DNA of 64,000 nucleotides, from the NCBI GenBank assembly GCA_965235115.1, contig OZ249441.1, positions 7,750,001 through 7,814,000 of the forward strand, written 5' to 3'. Below, in pieces: positions 1 through 13,180 of the stretch (positions are counted from its first letter, which is position 1; every line of letters begins with the position of its first letter). Under the pieces are notes generated by a model. The model was given only the letters and a program-made list of their open reading frames with translations. It was not told where the DNA came from and did not search any database. Source of the stretch: Laetmonice hystrix. Taxonomy: Eukaryota. The translations under genes and the position numbers were made by a program.

Positions 1-486
1 AGTATCGTTTAGTGGTTGCAAGGCGGGAGACAGGTAATTCCCTCTCACATGTCTATAAAGTACACAAGTATGTAGTGAGGATCGTAAAGGTTCCGGAGTA
101 TCGTTTAGTGGTTGCAAGGCGGGGGACAGGTAATTCCCTCTCACATGTCTATAAAGTACACAAGTATGTAGTGAGGATCGTAAAGGTTCCGGAGTATCGT
201 TTAGTGGTTGCAAGGCGGGAGACAGGTAATTCCCTCTCACATGTCTATAAAGTACACAAGTATGTAGTGAGGATCGTAAAGGTTCCGGAGTATCGTTTAG
301 TGGTTGCAAGGCGGGAGACAGGTAATTCCCTCTTACATGTCTATAAAGTACACAAGTATGTAGTGAGGATCGTAAAGGTTCCGGAGTATCGTTTAGTGGT
401 TGCAAGGCGGGAGACAGGTAATTCCCTCTCACATGTTTATAAAGTACACAAGTATATGTAGTGAGGATTGTAAAGGTTCCGGAGTA
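1..486. repeat. 96-bp tandem repeat x5 (runs off the left edge)
   Basis: AGTATCGTTT recurs at 1, 97, 193, and so on; explains the 32-aa-periodic ORF 12..461. Confidence 0.95.
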
Positions 487-2094
487 TGATACGACCGGAA
501 ACAACACCGGAAACAATCTCTGCAGCGGTTGACTTCCGCTGTAGGAGATCGACCCTGAGAGGAGTTAGAAGATCAGACTGCGTGGACGGATATAAAACTC
601 CAGACTGTGGCTATGATGTCATCAATATACATGTAGGATATAGCACCCCCGCTATATATACAGTTATACCCATCGACCGGTATACATGTATAGCGGCTCA
701 GACGTGACTATGTCACACCTTACAAACCGGCCTTGTCAAGGTAGCTGTTTCTTTTTAAATGAACTTCAAACGAGGTTAGGTTACTCAGTGCTGTCGCTTC
801 ATTTAATAGATAATTTCTACCAAACGCGCTTGCATTACGAACACAACGCGACATCTCGGACTAATATTGACACGTCAGACAAAGCGGCCCGAGGCACAAT
901 GGCCGACGGTCTTCTGCTGCCAAGCCAAGGTCATAGGGGTCATCTTACCCTCCCAAAGTCCCCGGTTCTCAGCGCCTGGATCCCCGCTCGCCGCTGTCAT
1001 TGACACGGAACGTATTCACACCCCTACCCCCACCCCACATACCCCTCCCCTCGTACCCCACCCCCCTTTAGCAGCCCCAGACTGGGCCGAATCCATGAGC
1101 CCAGTAAACTCCCGCCACCGCGTCCATTGTTGTACGTCTGCCAGTATTTATACACGTCCACCACGAACATGGTTGACACAGCCACCTCCTGTCCGACAGA
1201 TATTTGGAATATGGATTGTGGATGAAACCAAATTGTGTTCTCCTTTTTACTAAATACACAGCTTGCTATTAAAGAGCGACTATAGAAGTGCGGGGCGGGT
1301 TAATTGTATGCCATCATGTCGTGTCAACACGTTCACCTCGCTGTAAATGGATCAGTGTTGCTAGATCGCCCGGCGCTACATGGCACGTAAAAATGTTGGT
1401 TTCAACTGAAAACTTTGGTTTTCGATCCATCGCCGTCAGACTAGACTTCTCGCTGGTACAGGATTAACACAGCTCCGAGTGGATCACTGAGAGGTCGGCC
1501 TACTTTTACTGAACAACAAATGGCTCAATGTCTTTTCTCAGGTGAAGAAACTAACTGGAGTAAGGAATGCAGGGAATTCCTTTCAAAAGACGTGCAGAAT
1601 TCCTTTCAGAATACGTACAGGAGAAGAATGTTGCTGATAATCTTTTGAGAACCCCCCCCCCCCCCCACCTAAATATGGTGCTGTCTAGTGGCAGCAAACA
1701 AACGGTGAACCTTGTGCTCAGGCCTGAATGTAAAGTTGTACAGCAATATGAATAGACCGGCCATCACAAATGTTTTCCCAAAGCCAAGTCTCACTTAAGT
1801 TGTCACTTATGAGAAACGTGGTATTACTGTCTACATGTGTCGTATTGTCACCTGATGTCGGTCAGCACTGGGTCATGGCTGTGTGCACCGAGTGACAGCA
1901 GCGACACCTAGCGCGTGTCAACAGTAGCTCCCACACAGTGGGCGCGGGATGGGTTGGGGTGGTGGGTGGGGGTAGAGGGGTCCGTCAACCCTCGCCTCAC
2001 ACCAGCTTTATTTGTTGGTACCCGAGTGTTTCACTTCCATGGACGACCCACTAGTAAGACCACACGACTGCTCCACTCCCGCACCAACGTTAAC

Positions 2095-2239
2095 CTTAAA
2101 CAGCGGGGACGTATATATCGCCACCTTTGTCACCTTCCGAGGGGTATTTACCCCCGTCCGTGGAACCCAGAGTGTGGAGGAGCTAAACTCCCACAGCGAC
2201 CCCTGGCGGGGAGAGTGGATCTCATTTAGGGACAAACAC
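2095..2239 (-). CDS. possible sim exon 9 (tentative)
   Basis: AACAG|G to AAG|GTTAAC gives 145 nt, phase 2 in and phase 0 out, with an open frame (T)CLSLNEIHSPRQ...SSST...RK...YTSPLFK. Weak resemblance to the post-PAC SIM segment; splice sites are weak. Confidence 0.2.
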
Positions 2240-2377
2240 CTGTTCTAAAACTGAATCGATCTCGTGTTTATTCTGACATTATTGAAGTATTCCAAATCAA
2301 AAGTTTTTCACAAATCAGAGTATGAATAAAGAAAATAAATGAAACATGGCTAATTATCCAGAGATTCCCCAATGCAT

Positions 2378-2446
2378 GATGACTATGACGTAATACCAGA
2401 TGACGTAATACCACTGATGACGTCATACCACTGATGACGTCATACT
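2378..2446. repeat. 15-17-bp repeat x4 containing TGACGTCA/TGACGTAA, abutting the exon-8 donor
   Basis: ATGACGT(A/C)ATACC(ACT)G units read directly. Confidence 0.8.
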
Positions 2447-2449
2447 TAC

Positions 2450-2597
2450 GTGAGGACGTAGTTGACGGAGACGATACAATGAGGTCTTGACGATCGTGAA
2501 TTGTGTACAATTGTAGCGTAACTCTGCATCCACACCCAGCCGCCGTCCTTGGCCAGGAACCGGAAGTACTTGGTCGTAACCTGACCTTTTAACAACA
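2450..2597 (-). CDS. sim: sim coding exon 8 (PAS-B/PAC), 148 nt
   Basis: (L)[48 protein letters not shown]+AC; acceptor TTGCAG|T, donor CAC|GTAAGT. Confidence 0.95.
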
Positions 2598-2938
2598 CTG
2601 CAATTTTAAAGGTGCCACATCAATTATTACTCACAGTACGAACTCGTAATAACATTATTTTATTTTGTAATAATATTAGTTTATTTTACTCGTAATAGTC
2701 ATATGAAATTAATTGTAAAAGAATAATTGCAGGCATTGCACCTACAAGGGCAATAAAATTAATGTCTTTGCCTAATAGTGTACATTGTATAGGCCTACAT
2801 CCACGAGCAATAATGACTTCAAAGTTTGTATTAAATGCAAGGTATAAATCATGATATAAACATATGCTGACACATAGACTTATGCCTATGGCAAAGATAA
2901 TCCAATAATAGTGTGACCGTTTCACACGAACTACTCAC

Positions 2939-3045
2939 GTGTGTGGTGTGCGTAGCGCATGTGCAGAATATCACAGGCATGTATGTAATGGTAAAGAGTT
3001 TTCTCGATGAGATCTTGTGGCTCATAGCCGGTCAACTGTGCTACC
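2939..3045 (-). CDS. sim: sim coding exon 7 (PAS-B), 107 nt
   Basis: (R)[35 protein letters not shown]+C; acceptor TGACAG|G, donor CAC|GTGAGT. Not in the ORF track; found by manual reading. Confidence 0.95.
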
Positions 3046-4220
3046 CTGTCAATGACAAGTAGGTCAATATTCAGGATGGATGATGGAGAAACTCACTAAT
3101 CTCTACTCGTCAATACAAGCGATAAACGGATACATTAGTATCGGAGGACTGTACGCACTCTCAACAGCCGGCCTCCAGTTCAACACAATTGTAGCATAAT
3201 CAGCAAAGCTACAGAAACAGACACCCCAGGCCGGCTTTGTCTATTTATTCCCTGTCGTCGATTGTTATATGGAACAACCAAATCAAGTGTTTGAGGAGGG
3301 TAGCGTTTCGTCGGGCTGGGCTGGGCAGGCCGTCCACCTCTGCCGGTAGAGGGAGCTAGTGTCCCGGCGGGAGTTGTCGACCAGGTCCCCGGCAGCAGTC
3401 CTCCACCCCCCACCCCTCAACCCGACACCGCCCCCGGGCCCTGCGTACCAGATCAATGATATTGCAATTTCAACATCATCTCTATAAAGAGATTATACGC
3501 TTTTCTACCCATTAAAAACTCTCTCGATTCACTTGGCTATTACGCAGTGGTTGTAACTTGATCGAGCTCGAGCTTGTCAGCCATGGGATTCTGACGGCCG
3601 AGGCTGTGGCATGGGCGACACACCGAATTACTGACACGCACAGCCAAGTCCTTTGATTTCAACGGTAAATACCGAAAACCCTTTACGTCGACTTAAGCTG
3701 ACAATCTGATATTTAAACCCTAACTTTGGCCTGGAATAATTATTAAACGACAATATTTATTGTTCCGTAAATTCAAGTTACATTCAATTAGATCATGAAA
3801 CCACGAGTACTTTCTGAAATAATCTTAATGTTGTTTTGATACCGACCGTTTGAAATATCACTTTTCACACACGTCAAACATTCAGCAACACAAATCAAAA
3901 CACATTATAGAATATCATCATTTAGAAGTTCATTATGTTTGAACGTGAACAAGCCTTGTAATGTTGTGACAGAAAGAATTGAATTTACTGCGAAGCCAAT
4001 AAGTTCCTCTTCCCTTCTATATTAACTAGTAAATCGTGTGCCAACACAGATCAATTCAACTATTGTTGGCTGTCTATCCAATGTCAAACTGTCAATGTAT
4101 ATTTCTTCTGAAAAACATCGACCTGTGAGAAATATTGTATCTCCTCTACACAAAGGAGGCACCACTTGACTGTCTTTTTGGAGAAAGGTATAATAGTATT
4201 GATTGTGTCTTTAAAAACGC

Positions 4221-4582
4221 TGTGCCATACCCTTCAATTTATAATTCGAATAACTTTTTTGTGGAATATAGATCTTCTATTACACCAATGCCGTACATGT
4301 TGAGGTATACTGTGCCTTACCCTTTAATTTATAAATCGAATAACATTTTTTGCGGAATATAGATCTTCTATTACACCAATGCCGTACATGTTGAGGTACA
4401 TGTATACTGTGCCTTACCCTTTAATTTATAAATCTAATAACATTTTTTGTGGAATATAGATCTTCTATTACACCAATTCCGTACATGTTGAGGTATACTG
4501 TGCCATACCCTTTAATTAATAATTCGAATAACATTTTTTGTGGAATATAGATCTTGTATTACACCAATGCCGTACATGTTGA
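4221..4582. repeat. ~90-bp AT-rich tandem repeat x4
   Basis: TGTGCC(A/T)TACCC...GTGGAATATAGATCTT...GCCGTACATGTTGA recurs. Confidence 0.9.
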
Positions 4583-5224
4583 TGTTAGAAAGCGGCCGTT
4601 GAACCTCCTGGTCTATGATAGGGAACATTACGTATGGAAACAGGGCAAACATATACGGTGAGAGGGGTAGAGGACAGAGAGAGACCATGGCCCGGGTCAG
4701 GACCTGGATTAGACTACAATAGACGGCCCTGACACCCGAGCGGGTTCGGATCGTAACGACCCGGCGGGCGGGGCGGGGCGGCGACCGGGCTTTGTCTAAC
4801 CTGGACTCCTGTATGCCTTCCTTCACACAGGTGGGACCGGGAGGGAGGGGTGGTCTGTATGTCTGGTTGGTATTAATGGGTTCACTATTTAGGTCTTCTC
4901 TTGGCTGGGTGAAAGTCAACAGATTCCTGGGTATCGGTGACAGGGGATGTGGGGCACGTGGGGTGGGGGTGTGGGGTGGGTGGGATGTGGGTGGGGTCTT
5001 AATTGTTTCCGTGTGAAGAACATGTCATTTCAATCCCGCCCTCATAAAAGTAGGTCAGGGCCCTTCATTAGAGATTCCAAAAAGTATAGAAAGTTTCCGG
5101 ACCATTTAGGTGACACTGACACCGGGTGCATGCATGTGTCATTCTGGTTTTTATGCCAGAGTTCTTACATGAACTCCTGTAAAAATTAATTTCCCATTTG
5201 TTTCTGACATAGAACTGTGCTAAC

Positions 5225-5424
5225 CTGGCGTCAAGGAAGATGAGTTTGAGGTCGAGCGAGGCCCGAAACATGAACATATTGGCGTACATCTTGATTTCAG
5301 TGATGGCGGACGGGGGTAAACTGTGTCCCACGGCCACCATTCCTACGTTCTGGTAGCACCCGTCGAATGGCGCCATGTCCATCGTGTACTGTTTAATCTT
5401 CAGGTAGCCGGAACAGTGAATCAC
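5225..5424 (-). CDS. sim: sim coding exon 6 (end of PAS-A, linker, start of PAS-B), 200 nt
   Basis: [66 protein letters not shown]+AG; acceptor TTACAG|G, donor CAG|GTTAGC. Confidence 0.96.
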
Positions 5425-6409
5425 CTGTAATAACGGCAACAAGGGAAGAGTAAGGACAAGAAAACATTATACAGGTAACGTGAAATATAACATAGGAAAA
5501 CCCGGACACACGATATCAATATTCGAGCACGACACCTCGTACCAAACAGATTATTTACATTACCAAAATACATTCATGAGCAATATTTAAGTTTTTGGAA
5601 TGTGATAGCATTGAACAGCCGTTATTGACGATGAATTATTATGGTACGTTATCTAAAACAATAAATTACCCACAACCCGGCCATAACCTACGCTGGAAAC
5701 GGGGACAGAGTAAAAACGACCTTATTATCTCAGCCCTTCATACAATGGAAACATTATGAACTAAACACACACTACTCCAGCCTGAAAGCTACTCATTTCA
5801 ATTACGTGGATTATTCACAAATAAAACTGCATTTTATAATTTAGTCACTGGGCGAATAATTTTGCATCGGGCCCTTCGTTTTCATTTCCTAGCCATTGGG
5901 GTCCATGTTTGCCAATATCTCGAAATCGAGTGACCTTCTCTGGTCGGGTTTATTTTAGGCGGGTCGCGGCAACAATGGCGGCGTGGAGCAGACGACAACC
6001 ACAGTATCTGTGCTCGTGTTCCCGCGGGACGCTGGCTTGGAAACGCCACAGAGAACGCCACTCCGGGAAATTCGCAGAAATTTGATTTCATTTCCCGTCG
6101 GTGTTGGGCCGTAATCCGCCGGGCAAGATGTGCATGAGAATCCGTGCTCAGGCTTCGCACGGCTAGGGATTAAATCGCTAACAGGGGCGGCTCACTGAAT
6201 CAACACGCTGCTAATGCCGCGCGAACAGAGCTCTGCGTCCACCCACTTTTCTAACTGTTTGAACTACTGAGACACAATCCGTGCCCGTCAGATTTCTGGG
6301 CACAGCCATCAACCCCCCTGGTCCGGGCCAGTATCGGTCTGACAATTGTTTTTGTTACCGTGTCTACAGTACGGCTTTATGAGGATCTCTCCATAAAATG
6401 GCCGAGGCA

Positions 6410-6538
6410 GTGCGTTCAGGGGTGGGACCGTTCAGGGGCGTTCAGGGGTGGGCCCGTTCAGGGGCGTTCAGGGGCGGGCCCGTTCAGGGGCGTTCAGGGG
6501 TGGGACCGTTCAGGGGCGTTCAGGGGTGGGACCGTTCA
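6410..6538. repeat. G-rich 10/16-bp composite repeat
   Basis: GTTCAGGGGC / GTTCAGGGGTGGGACC units. Confidence 0.9.
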
Positions 6539-7010
6539 TGTAGTGGGGAGCCGAGTTTGCTTGCATTCGTTCGAGGTCTAAGGGAGGGTATAGTTTGTGA
6601 TGATAGGTTCTCACATCCGATATTAGGTAGCACAACAATTTACATAACAAACAGCGGTAAAAAACGGTGATGCTTGTGTAGAACAATTCCATTGAGGTGA
6701 TTGGCTATCAGTAAATGGATCAGATCCATGGATCAGATCTAACTCATACACTGGCCCCTGTATGTCTGTGTCCAGCAATTAGAGCCAGTAAATGGATCAG
6801 ATCCAACCCATACACTGGACCGTGTCTGTGTCCAGCAATTAGATGCTCAGGACCATAATTCTGTTTGGCAGTATAATAATTAGCTAACTATCTGCACTTT
6901 CGTCCAATGTTCAATGTCCCCGTGGATTCAAATTCAAAACGATTAACTCGATCATTAGGCACTACTAAATATACAAAACGGAATAGTGGAGACCGAATTG
7001 ACGATATACA

Positions 7011-8284
<1,274 letters not shown>

Positions 8285-8493
8285 TTAATGAGTGCCACGA
8301 CAATTTTTCCGCCTTTTGTGCCAAGTCGACGGAAGTTTCTAATAGAGCATGCACTATCGATTAATTTACTAGCGCACTTTCTCCATAATGAGTCGTCATG
8401 GACAATTTAGTAATTGATAATTGGAACCCGTCACGTGCGTGTGAATCCAGGTAATGTCGACCTTCAGTTTTAGCAGCCAATGATTCCAGAATG

Positions 8494-9647
8494 ATAGACG
8501 TCTGCTAACAGCAGGCCCCTCCCACAACAACCTACACTTTACTATACAACCCCTAACATAGACGTCTGCTAACAGCACACCCCTCCCACAACAACCTACA
8601 CTTTACTATACAACCCCTAACATAGACGTCTGCTAACAGCACACCCCTCCCACAACAACCTACACTTTACTGTACATCCCCTAACATAGACGTCTGCTAA
8701 CAGCACACCCCTCCCACAACAACCTACACTTTACTATACAACCCCTAACATAGACGTCTGCTAACAGCACACCCCTCCCACAACAACCTACACTTTACTA
8801 TACAACCCCTAACATAGACGTCTGCTAACAGCACACCCCTCCCACAACAACCTACACTTTACTATACAACCCCTAACATAGACGTCTGCTAACAGCACAC
8901 CCCTCCCACAACAACCTACACTTTACTATACAACCCCTAACATAGACGTCTGCTAACAGCACACCCCTCCCACAACAACCTACACTTTACTATACAACCC
9001 CTAACATAGACGTCTGCTAACAGCACACCCCTCCCACAACAACCTACACTTTACTGTACATCCCCTAACATAGACGTCTGCTAACAGCACACCCCTCCCA
9101 CAACAACCTACACTTTACTGTACATCCCCTAACATAGACGTCTGCTAACAGCACACCCCTCCCACAACAACCTACACTTTACTGTACAACCCCTAACGTA
9201 GACGTCTGCTAACAGCACACCCCTCCCACAACAACCTACACTTTACTATACAACCCCTAACATAGACGTCTGCTAACAGCACACCCCTCCCACAACAACC
9301 TACACTTTACTATACAACCCCTAACATAGACGTCTGCTAACAGCACACCCCTCCCACAACAACCTACACTTTACTGTACATCCCCTAACATAGACGTCTG
9401 CTAACAGCACACCCCTCCCACAACAACCTACACTTTACTGTACATCCCCTAACATAGACGTCTGCTAACAGCACACCCCTCCCACAACAACCTACACTTT
9501 ACTGTACAACCCCTAACGTAGACGTCTGCTAACAGCACACCCCTCCCACAACAACCTACACTTTACTGTACATCCCCTAACATAGACGTCTGCTAACAGC
9601 ACACCCCTCCCACAACAACCTACACTTTATTATACAACCCCTAACGT
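8494..9647. repeat. 64-bp tandem array x18 filling most of intron 4
   Basis: ATAGACGTCTGCTAACAGCACACCCCTCCCACAACAACCTACACTTTACTATACAACCCCTAAC. Confidence 0.97.
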
Positions 9648-9747
9648 TTCTCAATTGTTGCAATTCTCGCAATTAAGAAAAAAAACACGTAAAGTTAAAA
9701 CATGAGGGTTGGGGTTGGGGGTTGGGGGTTGGGTCTAGGGGTCTCAC

Positions 9748-9856
9748 CTTGCAGAATGTGTGCGTGGTAGGGCTGGTGGACGGTGAGCAGGGCGGTCATC
9801 TCATCGTGGTCGGCAGGGTGAATGTACTCGTAGATGGAGTTACCTGTCAGCTCCAC
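9748..9856 (-). CDS. sim: sim coding exon 4 (PAS-A), 109 nt
   Basis: [36 protein letters not shown]+G; acceptor GTTTAG|G, donor AAG|GTGAGA. Confidence 0.95.
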
Positions 9857-10278
9857 CTAAACACACAGAGAGAGAATGGGTAAGTTACCTGTCAGCTCCA
9901 CCTAAACACAGAGAGACAGAGACAGAGAGAGAGATGGGGTAAGTTACCTGTCAGCTCCATCTAAACACAGGGAGAGATGGGATAAGTCACTTGTCAGCTC
10001 CAATTAAACATAGATACAGATGTGGTAAACTGTCAGCTCCACCTATGAATGCACACACAGATGGAAGTCAGCTCCACATAAACAGAGTCGGATGTAACTA
10101 TCTGTCAGCTCCACCTTTACGCAGAGAGATGGAGTTAGGTAACTGTCAGCTCCACCTATGAATGCACACACAGATGGAAGTCAGCTCCACATAAACAGAG
10201 TCGGATGTAACTATCTGTCAGCTCCACCTTTACGCAGAGAGATGGAGTTAGCTACCTGTCAGCTCCACCTAAACACAC
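9840..10278. repeat. degenerate ~30-60-bp array, 11 copies of the exon-4 acceptor and exon start
   Basis: Core GTCAGCTCCA (minus TGGAGCTGAC) occurs 11 times, the last copy inside exon 4. Confidence 0.9.
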
Positions 10279-10764
10279 CCACCCACACCCACACCGGCAG
10301 ATGATGAGGCACGTGTCATTAACACAGCTCGCCTAGCTTAACGTGAATACAGGCAGGAAAAAAAGTCGTAGAAGGAGATGTTCATGGCGATAAAAAGGCA
10401 GCCACATGGAAAAAAGGCAGAATAAGTTATCGACCCCACTAAATTACGTTCGGAAATCGGTCGTGAACGCTGGGGTTCTTTTTTCGCCCTATTTAAAGAG
10501 ACTCCGGCTTATATTGAGAATGAAATGTTTAACTTTCACTGAACAATGTTAGAACCAAGAGAAACAATCTTCGAGGTTCAATGTATTTGTTGGTTCAATG
10601 AACACACAACATTTTTAAGACCCACAACCATGCCTGATCCAAACGTGCCGTTATTTCTGGGGCAGCCTTTTTCAGAAAATGCGGGAAAAAGACAGTGAAT
10701 GTGTTTTCCACTGCGGCGTACTGGTATTTTGGAATCCTAGGGGTCCATCTGTTGCACTAAGCTA

Positions 10765-11109
<345 letters not shown>

Positions 11110-11579
11110 TTAGTTATTACTTTAAGTTATATGTGGACCATGATGGGTATAGCAGAGAGAAAGGCGGGGAGGGGTAAAACTGTATCATACTGAGAGATTT
11201 AAAGGTCCACCAAGTTGTGTGATGATAGCTATAACACACAGCTGCCATTTTCTATAACGGAAGAGCGTGGTCACCATGGTCCCATACTGCATTCTGAGAT
11301 ATAGATATTAATCAGCCATATATTTTAAGCTGTATATTGGTGTGCGAGATATTTAACAGTTTTAAACATTTCAATATGTAACTCACATTCTATTTAGTTA
11401 CGTCAGGTGGGGAGTTAGGGAGGGTGGGCCAATGCCCCCTCACAGCCATACTTTTAGCCCGGACCTTTATAATTGTTGCACCCTACCGACTTCGATCTCC
11501 AAAATTCTAGTCCACCTAATCTACGACAGTGTATAATAAAGACATGTCTAGGTGGGGTAGATTATAAATGTGTATGTAC

Positions 11580-11656
11580 CTGTAGTAGGTGAGAGCCAAG
11601 CTCCTTCTCCCTCGCGTTGGATGAAGTCGACCGTACTCCCCACGCATCTCCCAAAC
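11580..11656 (-). CDS. sim: sim coding exon 2, 77 nt
   Basis: Acceptor TTTCAG|G, donor CAG|GTACAT. Reads (G)LGDAWGVRSTSSNAREKELGSHLLQ, matching the SIM GLGxAWG...ELGSHLLQ motif. Phase 1 in, phase 0 out, consistent with both neighbours. Missed by the ORF track (other frame). Confidence 0.93.
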
Positions 11657-11659
11657 CTG

Positions 11660-12180
11660 AAACACAACCAGGCACAGACCGTCAGGTTTAGCTGTCAAAT
11701 AACACAGCCAGACATAGACCGCCAGGCTCACCTCAAATAACACAGCCAGGCACAGACCGCCAGGCTCCCCTCAAATAACACAGCCAGGCACAGACCGTCA
11801 GGCTCACCTCAAATAACACAGCCAGGCACAGACCGTCAGGCTCACCTCAAATAACACAGCCAGACACAGACCGTCAGGCTCACCTCAAATAACACAGCCA
11901 GCGATAGACCGCCAAGCTCACCTCAAATAACACAGCCAGGCACAGACCGCCAGGCTCCCCTCAAATAACACAGCCAGGCACAGACCGTCAGGCTCACCTC
12001 AAATAACCCAACCAGGCACAGGCCGTCAGGTTTAGCTTGTCAAATAACACAGTCAGGCACAGACCGCCAAGCTCACCTCAAATAACACAGCCAGGCACAG
12101 ACCGTCAGGCTCACCTCAAATAACACAATCAGGCACAGACCGTCATGCTCACCTCGTCCAATGACACAACCATGCACAGA
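11660..12180. repeat. 38-bp tandem array x~13 abutting the exon-2 acceptor
   Basis: AAATAACACAGCCAGGCACAGACCGTCAGGCTCACCTC. Confidence 0.93.
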
Positions 12181-12194
12181 CAGACAGTGAAAAA

Positions 12195-13180
12195 TTATGA
12201 GTTTATGGGTTTAGGGGTTGTGAGGCATGGATATAGAGAAGCAGGAACAGTTTATGGGTCTGGGGGTTGTAAGGCATGGATATAGAGAAACAGGAAGAGT
12301 TTGTGGGTTTGGGGGTTGTAAGGCATGGATATGGAGAAACAGTAACAGTTTGTGGGTTTGGGGGTTGTAAGGCATGGATATAGAGAAACAGTAACAGTTT
12401 GTGGGTTTGGGGGTTGTAGGGCATGGATATAGAGAAACAGTAACAGTTTGTGGGTTTGGGCGTTGTAAGGTATGGATATAGAGAAACAGGAACAGTTTGT
12501 GGTAAGGCATGAATGTGGCGAAACAGGGAGAGTTTGTGGGTTTGGGGGTTCTAAGGCATGGATATAGAGAAACAGTAACAGTTTGTTAGTTTGGGGGCTG
12601 TAAGGCATGGATATAGAGAAACAGTAAGAGTTTGGGGTTTGGGGGTTGTAAGGCATGGATATGGAGAAACAGTAACAGTTTGTGGGTTTGGGGGTTCTAA
12701 GGCATGGATATAGAGAAACAGTAACAGTTTGTGGGTTTGGGGGCTGTAAGGCATGGATATAGAGAAACAGTAACAGTTTGGGGTTTGGGGGTTGTAGGGC
12801 ATGGATATAGAGAAACAGTAACAGTTTGTGGGTTTGGGCGTTGTAAGGTATGGATATAGAGAAACAGGAACAGTTTGTGGTAAGGCATGAATGTGGCGAA
12901 ACAGGGAGAGTTTGTGGGTTTGGGGGTTCTAAGGCATGGATATAGAGAAACAGTAACAGTTTGTTGGTTTGGGGGCTGTAAGGCATGGATATAGAGAAAC
13001 AGTAACAGTTTGTGGGTTTGGGGGTTGTAAGGCATGGATATAGAGAAACAGTAACAGTTTGTGGGTTTGTGGGTTGTAAGGCATGGATATAGAGAAACAG
13101 TAACAGTTTGTGGGTTGTAAGGCATGGATTAGAGAAACGGTAACAGTTTGTGGGTTTGGGGGTTGTAAAGGCATGGAGAA
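12195..13180. repeat. 49-bp tandem array x~20
   Basis: TTGTGGGTTTGGGGGTTGTAAGGCATGGATATAGAGAAACAGTAACAGT; source of the 325-aa pseudo-ORF. Confidence 0.96.

Noticed and set aside
12-461. 149-aa ORF
   Set aside because: It is the translation of the 96-bp array (32-aa period); no splice or homology support.
5068-5442. Full 124-aa ORF as one CDS
   Set aside because: Only 5225-5424 is SIM-like and bounded by splice sites; the rest is intronic read-through. The same applies to ORFs 10762..11106 and 59883..60119.
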